Of a stretch of 64,000 nucleotides of DNA, positions 57,346-64,000 are shown one piece after another; within the stretch, counting starts at the first letter, position 1, and every line of letters starts with the position of its first letter. Source of the DNA: Epithemia pelagica (lineage: Eukaryota; Protista; Bacillariophyta); NCBI GenBank assembly GCA_946965045.2, contig OX337228.1, positions 5,952,001 through 6,016,000 on the forward strand, read 5' to 3'. The notes beneath the pieces were generated by a model. It did no database searches. It had not been told where the DNA came from and was given only the letters and a program-made list of their open reading frames with translations. A program made the position numbers and the translations under genes.

Positions 57346-59739
57346 TCAGAGCACAGCAGGGTCTGCCCGCAGAAGAAGAAAGATATTCTCGAGCTCCCTC
57401 AAAGAGACGTTCGTTTCTTCCTCATTGACATCTTCTGGAATAGAATCGTCCTCGCTTTCGGTAGATGAGATCGTGACACAGCATTGCAACGACGCAATGT
57501 GAAGGGGGAGTAGCCCTGATGAATCAACCGTGGCAAGGGCATTGGGATGAGCGTTGAAGAGAGTCTCCAATCCACTATCCCACTTCTTGCCAGCCGCGCA
57601 TGCGAGATGAAGGGGAAATCTCCCCTTTGTATCCATCACACCAGCGGCTGCCGAGTTGAGCTCCACGAGTTTATCGATGAGGGCGGGGCTTGACTTGCTC
57701 GAGTGCGCAGCCATGTGAAGTGCCATCCAACCTCTTGAATTTCCTTCGGCTTCTTGAACTGCCTGTGGATATGAGTCAAAAATGGCTTCTACACCATTAT
57801 CCCATTCTTTGCCAACTTCGCAACACAAATGAAAAGGAAGCTTTCCTTGGCTGTCTGACATGGATGGACCACGAGGATGCAAACGCACCAACTGAGAAAT
57901 TAAAGAACCTTCTGCCTGAACGCTACTTGCTGCCAAATGAATTGGTAGTCGTCGACCCATGGCAGCGCCACAGCGTGTTTGAATCGCCGCTCGGTGGGCA
58001 TTGTAAACGGATTCCACGTTTTCGTCCCAAACTTGCGCATTCAAAGCCAACACATGGAAAGGAAGGCAGCCCGTATTGTCCACATGAGATGCTCCTTGTG
58101 GGAAAAGGCGAACAACATTCATAATAACTGATGTGCGTATGTAATCTTCTCCTCTTTCAGTGTTTTGACAAATGGCACCGCAAGAACGATGAAGTGGAAG
58201 TTTTCCATTATGGTCCGGAATTTGAAGTGCCCGGGGATAAACGTGACACAATAGCGAACCGAAATTGGCCCAATCCTGTTTGTGTTTATTTTCAACAATG
58301 CAGTGAAGAGGAAGCGAACCATTTACGGCGTCTTGAATGTGAGCTGCATTTCGATTGAGATCCAACAGATCCTGAATCACCGTTTTCCCAGATTCCCCTC
58401 CAGCGTTTGACGATGCCGCGAGATGAAGTGCGGTCTGATGGGTACTAATGCCAGAAAGAAGGGGGTCACTGGGACGCCTTAAGTCGCTTTCATCTAGTTC
58501 TTGAGCCTGTTCTGGGTGCAGGGCACATGCTAAGAGGAAAAGGGACAAGTGGACTTTGACGGCCGACACCGCATGCAATATCCGCCAAGTGCGCTCTGAA
58601 CCAATGGAAGCTGAGACAACACTAGAACTTTGGGGCTCTTCTTCAACAGGGAAACCAAACGCAGCTTTCAAAAGCATATTAACTTTCTCCCATCGCTTGT
58701 GGAGTTTTGGGTGAGCACGAAGCTTTTCCCAGAGCTGTCGAGTGCGCTCCTTCTCGGTGACACCTTCTGGTTCAGGGAAACCTCCCGGAAGAAAGGCTTT
58801 GATAACTCTCTTGCCCTCTGTTTTGTCCGCCCAAGTGTTCCAAACCAACGCCAGAGGAGATTCATCATTCTGATCTTCTTCCAACACAGCTGCAGGGTTG
58901 ACCTCTAACAGCAGGCCGACAACACCCGGAGGGGCATCGTATCGGACTGCATAATAAAGTGGTGTGCGACCCATTCTGTCTTTTCGGGAGACTGCAACCT
59001 TCCCCATATTCGGGTGCATGTGGAGAAGTAGTCGAACGACTTCGCGGGGAGCCTTGAAGCGACAGGCATAATGCAGAGGCAGCCATCCTTTTTCCTCTTC
59101 GGCGAGCAAAGCTTGGGGATAAGCTTCGATCAGCGCTTCTGCAACTTCGGCTCTTGGACAGCGACGATTGCATGCGTGGTGAAGAGCTGTCCAGCCATCC
59201 ACGCCCGTGAACTTTGCGTATTCAGGATTGCTACCGCAAAGCTCAAAGACTCGGTCCCAATCGGTGATTCTGGCCGCATCATGAATTGCCGACGTCGAAT
59301 CTACCCGGAAAGAAGAAGAGGAAATCATCGGATCAGGAATATAACCGGACGACGCCGCGAGTTCGGTCGTTGATCCAAAACCGGCTGGTGAACCAAAGAT
59401 ATCCGCTTCAGAGTTGACCCAGCTAGCATAGGCAAAATCCATGGGCACCGCTGGGGACGCGCCTGAAAGATCAGTGGGAGTGGACTGTTGACGTTCATTC
59501 GTTTTTGGATGTGCCACAAGAGGAACCGATCCAGGAGGAGAAAGATTGTTTGTGGACCAGTGCCGATCAAACAGTGCACGTCGATCAACTGTCGTTGTGC
59601 CACCATCTCGAGACACCCTGCTTGCCATGTTTCCTCCCATTTCTGTAGGTGAAGAAGATGCAGGCTCAATCATTGACTGCTCTGACTCTGACTCTCTGCT
59701 CCGCAAAAGAGCGGAACGTCCATTGCCGCTTTCCTCCAT
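57346..59739 (-). CDS. Ankyrin-repeat protein (about 12 diatom-type repeats)
   Basis: Repeated GxLPLHxAC-like motifs (WTALHHAC, WLPLHYAC, LPLHRSC, LPIHLAA, FPLHLAC, LPLHIAS). Confidence 0.88.
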   Translation of the reverse strand: MEESGNGRSALLRSRESESEQSMIEPASSSPTEMGGNMASRVSRDGGTTTVDRRALFDRHWSTNNLSPPGSVPLVAHPKTNERQQSTPTDLSGASPAVPMDFAYASWVNSEADIFGSPAGFGSTTELAASSGYIPDPMISSSSFRVDSTSAIHDAARITDWDRVFELCGSNPEYAKFTGVDGWTALHHACNRRCPRAEVAEALIEAYPQALLAEEEKGWLPLHYACRFKAPREVVRLLLHMHPNMGKVAVSRKDRMGRTPLYYAVRYDAPPGVVGLLLEVNPAAVLEEDQNDESPLALVWNTWADKTEGKRVIKAFLPGGFPEPEGVTEKERTRQLWEKLRAHPKLHKRWEKVNMLLKAAFGFPVEEEPQSSSVVSASIGSERTWRILHAVSAVKVHLSLFLLACALHPEQAQELDESDLRRPSDPLLSGISTHQTALHLAASSNAGGESGKTVIQDLLDLNRNAAHIQDAVNGSLPLHCIVENKHKQDWANFGSLLCHVYPRALQIPDHNGKLPLHRSCGAICQNTERGEDYIRTSVIMNVVRLFPQGASHVDNTGCLPFHVLALNAQVWDENVESVYNAHRAAIQTRCGAAMGRRLPIHLAASSVQAEGSLISQLVRLHPRGPSMSDSQGKLPFHLCCEVGKEWDNGVEAIFDSYPQAVQEAEGNSRGWMALHMAAHSSKSSPALIDKLVELNSAAAGVMDTKGRFPLHLACAAGKKWDSGLETLFNAHPNALATVDSSGLLPLHIASLQCCVTISSTESEDDSIPEDVNEEETNVSLRELENIFLLLRADPAVL

Positions 59740-60580
59740 TGTCAAGTGCTAGAGTGTGATCCGGAATGCGAAGACGACGACAGCAGCCGCAACAACAACA
59801 ACAAGTCTTGCTTGCCGTTCTCGCTTTTTGGTTGCATATTTTTATGTGTGTCTGGTTTTTGGTGAACAACCGCGCAAAAGTCCCTGGGTTCCCCCATCCA
59901 AGGTACCCAGACCCGGATAAAATTTGGAAATTTGTAGACGGTCATTCATCGGGATCACGGATCCCAACTACTACCGACTATCTCTGGATAGTTTGACATC
60001 ACACCATTTAAAATTAGAAGTACATGTCACTTTTAACCCTGTAGTGACGATAGGTATTCCTGAAATTCCCGTCCTTCGAGTATGTGTGTGAGCAGTCTTT
60101 TTCTGAGACGTTCCGGATTTTGGTCTGCCCGCGGCGAGGTCCGTCATCCAACGGGATACTCCGCTCCCAAATTTCTCGAGACTCCGATCTATTTAGTGTA
60201 AAGATCCGACTGTAAAGAATTTTTGTCACCCATCCGTGCGACCCATCGGCTTTCGCCTCCATCATTGGATCCATGAAATCTACTCCCATGTCGCTAGCTA
60301 GGAGCCTCTCGAGAGGTAGATCTTGCGAATGAACAATCTGGAATTTAAATTAATCAAAGACTGATTTTGTTTTCGATACGCGGGAATACCTTCATTCTGA
60401 TCCTGCTGCTACGGTTGCTTACCAACTTCACGCACCTAGCACGTCGACTGCTGTACGATTGGAGCTACCGTCAGATCATGTGTTTCGTGAATCGAAAGCA
60501 TGCTCGCTGACGACGAGGTCGTTCATCAATGACACCAGGACTTAGATGCATCAGTTATGAGGACGTTTCAAGCGTTTGGT

Positions 60581-62177
60581 TCATTTCATGCTGTCGTCTT
60601 CTCCAACTTTCTTCTTTCTTCGATCTGTCCGCCGGCGGGAACGGGCCGGTTTCCGTCCAAAGCCCCCAAGTTCCTGCCCAACGATACCAAACGTTCGACC
60701 GTGTTCATCTCCAGAGCTCACAGCGGGCATTCCCATGTACATGCGCATCTCCCCCGTAAAGAAGTGGGTACGGCCAATTACAATGACAGTGCCTTCGTCT
60801 TCTTCCTCATCAAACGAATCGAGCCACTTATGGACAACGTCATCATCGCTATTGCTGTTCTCAGCCTCAAACTCCGTCTCGGTTGTGTTTTTCAAAGTTC
60901 CATAGCCACCAATGTACCCCTTCTGAGCAATTATATTTGCCATTGCTTCGTTGTATGTTTTGTCCATCTTTAATTCTTCTCCTTCAAGCATTATCAATGC
61001 GTCGCATCCAATCTGTTTTACTTGTTCGCTGTCTGTAGGTTGACTCCACATGGAGTGAACAAAATAATCGATTGCATATACGTCGTCATCGTCGGATTCA
61101 TCTTCCACGGCAAGCGACGGTGATCCACCGTTTGACACAATGTGAAGATCTGTAACACTTATGGACAGGGGGTCCCACAAGGTTCGTAGTTTACGTGCCA
61201 TCTCAACGGCACTGGTGACAGATGGAAAGGAAGCAATGGGAATCATAGGCCGAAAGTCCATTGTATGTGTACTGGTACTAAACGGAAATTCATCCGAGAG
61301 TGTAAGAGTCGGACCATACGACGCAAACCTCGAAAGTTCTGGTTCTTCGAGTAGCAACTCTCTGAGTTCGATAATGCGGTTGCGTGATTCTTCATCAGGT
61401 TCCAAACAAACAATACACGGGCCATTGAACTCTTCGTACCTAAACAAGAAAATGTCAGACGTAACTGATGCCGTTGGCTGCCGACTTTTTCTATCACGGA
61501 ACGTACATTTGCTTTTGCTTGTCCCATAATGCCTTTTGAGAGTCCGGTTGTTCCTGATCTTGATCAACAAGCTCCGGATGAGCTATATTCTTTCGCCTTT
61601 TGCGTTCTCTCAAATTCCGTTGTCCAATTCGTTCTTGTTCTGCAATGAGTCGCTGAATCTCCTTTTCTTCTTCCGTCATGAGCATCTCTCTGGTAATCGC
61701 TTCGCCTGATGAAGAGAGTTGCATCTTCAAAGCTCTCATATCGGATTCCATGGCCTCAGCATGTGGGATCACACTCCAATCTGATAGAGTGATGTCAAAG
61801 GGAGAAATCTGATACTTGTCGATAACTCGAGCGATACATAAAGCAAGATCGTCTTGCTCTTTTCTTGAGCTAGACGAGACGAACGGGTGAAACAGTCGAA
61901 GACATGGGGGCCACTTTCCATAGGATTTATCCTTTGCGTAATGACGAGCCCGCTGTAGTCTGTCCCAAACCATGTTGGGAGGGACAATGGCCAACGCCGC
62001 GTCCCGACTGACATTGTCCCCGTGTTGATGTTTGAACGACGAAGAAAGAGACTCTGCTATTGAAGTCTCTTTCCTCCTTGTCCAATGGTGAAGCTGTAAT
62101 AACGCCCTGCAATAGGCTGCATGGAAACATGCGATGTAGTAAATGCTAACCCAGTAAAAGCTGAGCGTATTCATCAT
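60581..62177 (-). CDS. Signal-peptide-bearing protein with a degenerate 2H-phosphoesterase (2'-5' RNA ligase-like) domain; 2 exons
   Basis: Intron 61440-61506 joins KQ-M|YEEFNGP. ALAIVPP...WDRLQRAR...WPPCLRLFHPF resembles the 2H-domain block fused to fungal/protist poly(A) polymerases. Confidence 0.6.
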
Positions 62178-62387
62178 ATTCTATGATGTACAAGATACAT
62201 GGTCGTTGGTCGTCTCCCCTCCTGATTTCGTGGAGGATGGAGGTCTCTGTCTGTGTCAACAGCTGCGACGGCTATATCAGCGACCGAAAGTGAAGCCGGC
62301 GTGCGAGCCTGGGGACTTCCCGCCACAATCAGAATGGCTCGCGTCTCACAATTAATTCCCAATGTAGCAAATTGCAAATTGCAAGTT

Positions 62388-62721
62388 TACTCCTACTCCT
62401 ATGATTGGGATTTGGGATGTGATGATCCTACGTGTTCCTTAGAACGAGACAGTCCTTAAGATTAAAGTGGCATCTGCAATTCGTACCATCCCTTTCGTTA
62501 GCTGCTTCTGTTCGTGAGATGAGATACTTAGGGGTAAGATTCTATGGAATGGAACTACCGGTCTGTGTTGACCATTTGGACTTTCGACAAGTGCAAGGGA
62601 TGTGGAATACCCCTGTCCTGCGGTTCGAAATCCTTAAGACCTCTAAAAAGTACTCCTACTTCTTCGAGAGCAGTACGATATTGGCGAAACGAATCTCATA
62701 GAAGCTACTACTCTAGGAGTA
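62388..62721. promoter_or_regulatory. TACTCCTA/TAGGAGTA motif cluster in a divergent promoter
   Basis: TACTCCTACTCCTA at 62388, TACTCCTAC at 62651 and TAGGAGTA at 62714. The same motif recurs at 1766, 1788, 14914, 15107, 32913, 34571, 34599 and 50373. Confidence 0.45.
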
Positions 62722-62912
62722 CTTGTAGCTCTAGCGAATAGAGTAATATGTCGTGTGTTATGTGCTCGTACAATAGCTAGCAAGGGACGCAAGTAAATAA
62801 TCAGCGACTGCGAAGCCAAAAAAAAATTTCCAAAAAATATCCTTGCTTTTCGCATAATTTTCATAATAGTTCCTTGTTGCTGTTGTGGTTGTCCTCCTTG
62901 TCATTGCAGAGG

Positions 62913-64000
62913 ATGACGTCCTATGAGAGCCTCCTTGGCCGGCTTAAAGAGAATGTGGAAACAAGAGGAGACAAAACAGCCGTGACTTTTCTGGAACCAG
63001 GAGTTAATGGTGGCAAGGTTCAGAAATCCTTTACGTATGCTGAATTATGGGCCGAGACAAGTAAAGTTGCCTTGACGATCAAGGATCAAGGATTGAAAAA
63101 AGGAGACAAAGCTGTGTTGGTGTATCCTCCATCGTTGGATTTTATGATTGCATTTCTTTCATGTCTGTAAGTGTTCACATTCTTGATTGACGATGATTTT
63201 GGAGCAGTTGTCTGAAACATGGCTATAGAAAGCTTTCTGTCATTGCTGTACCTGTTTTCCCTCCCAATCCGAACCGACGAGACACTCTTCAAATGTTCTC
63301 CAAGATTGTGCAAGCATGTGAACCCCAAATTGTTCTGACAAATAAAGAATACAATCATCTGAAGAAACTTTCGGGTATCCGTGACGCCTTTTCTTCGTTC
63401 AAACGAAGACCTAGTGATTGGCCTGAGCACTTGAAATGGGCCATCACAGACGCCCCGCAAAGTGGAAAGTCAAGTCTCAGCGATATCGAGGATCTTCCTT
63501 CCGACACTAGTGACGTTGCATTTCTTCAATTCACCTCTGGATCGACAAGTGAACCAAAGGGTGTGATGATCACTCATGACAACTTAGCACACAACTTAAC
63601 AATCATTACAAACGAGCTCGAAGCGTCTGACGACACTGTTGTAGTATCGTGGCTCCCACAGTACCACGATATGGGATTGATTGGATCTTATCTCGGAGTG
63701 CTTTATTGTGGAGGATCAGGCTACTATATGTCTCCTCTCTCATTCTTGCAGCGACCAATGCTTTGGATGGAGGCCGTGAGCAAATATCGAGCGACTCATT
63801 TGCAGGCCCCCAATTTCGCCTTTAAACTCACGTCTCGGAAATTTATTCCCTCAGACTACTCTAGGGAGTCTCTGGATTTGTCGTCAGTCAGACATGTCAT
63901 CAATGCGGCGGAACCTGTTGATGAGGAAAGTATCGAATCATTCTATAAGCAGTTTCGACCGTTTGGCTTTCAGGAAGTCATTTTCCCCACATATGGTCTT
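62913..64000 (+). CDS. Fatty acyl-AMP ligase (FAAL)-type adenylation domain protein, 3'-truncated by the window edge
   Basis: Intron 63167-63228; the frame stays open to 64000 (second exon absent from the ORF track). Motifs VLVYPPSLDFMIAFLSC, AFLQFTSGSTSEPKGVM, SWLPQYHDMGLIG, FLQRPMLW, APNFAF, LDLSS, NAAEPV and PTYGL. Confidence 0.88.

Noticed and set aside
60014-60289. 91-aa minus-strand ORF with an upstream splice-like acceptor
   Set aside because: No in-frame upstream exon with a start codon could be built and no family was recognised; it may be UTR or promoter of the ankyrin gene.
15186-64000. COQ3, COX10, BPNT and FAAL as a biosynthetic gene cluster
   Set aside because: They are scattered among unrelated housekeeping genes over about 50 kb with no shared pathway.
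1-64000. Transposons, CRISPR arrays, rRNA or tRNA genes
   Set aside because: No transposase or RT motifs, TIR/LTR pairs, spacer-repeat arrays or RNA-gene signatures were recognised.

Overview
Gene-dense eukaryotic nuclear DNA, most likely from a pennate diatom. The evidence is short 57-185 bp GT-AG introns, bipartite plastid-targeting N-termini, diatom-style LPLHxAC ankyrin repeats and 100-900 bp intergenic spacers. About 28 protein-coding genes can be reconstructed, with exon junctions worked out by hand: a 2OG-oxygenase/methyltransferase fusion (left edge), an EH/PX/BAR sorting-nexin-like protein, DUF1824, a Nup88-like protein, an SLC37/GlpT-type transporter, a CaaX protein, COQ3, mitochondrial uS9, a 2xRRM protein, MPP6, a seven-WW + NELF-C/D fusion, a P4-ATPase, COX10, exportin-7, an Mbb1/HCF107-like HAT protein, RAB3GAP2, DUF726, SPT16, a BPNT/IMPase, an ankyrin protein, a degenerate 2H-phosphoesterase and a fatty acyl-AMP ligase (right edge). 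I recognised no rRNA, tRNA, CRISPR array or transposase. The most unusual element is the NELF-C/D pausing-factor homologue carrying a recently expanded array of 7 acidic WW domains, head-to-head with the exosome cofactor MPP6. Non-coding signals include a recurrent TAGGAGTAG/CTACTCCTA intergenic motif, a perfect 193-bp tandem duplication, a GAATCT cluster upstream of the organophosphate transporter and G-quadruplex-like tracts in three divergent promoters. All family calls come from motif recognition by eye, not from database searches.
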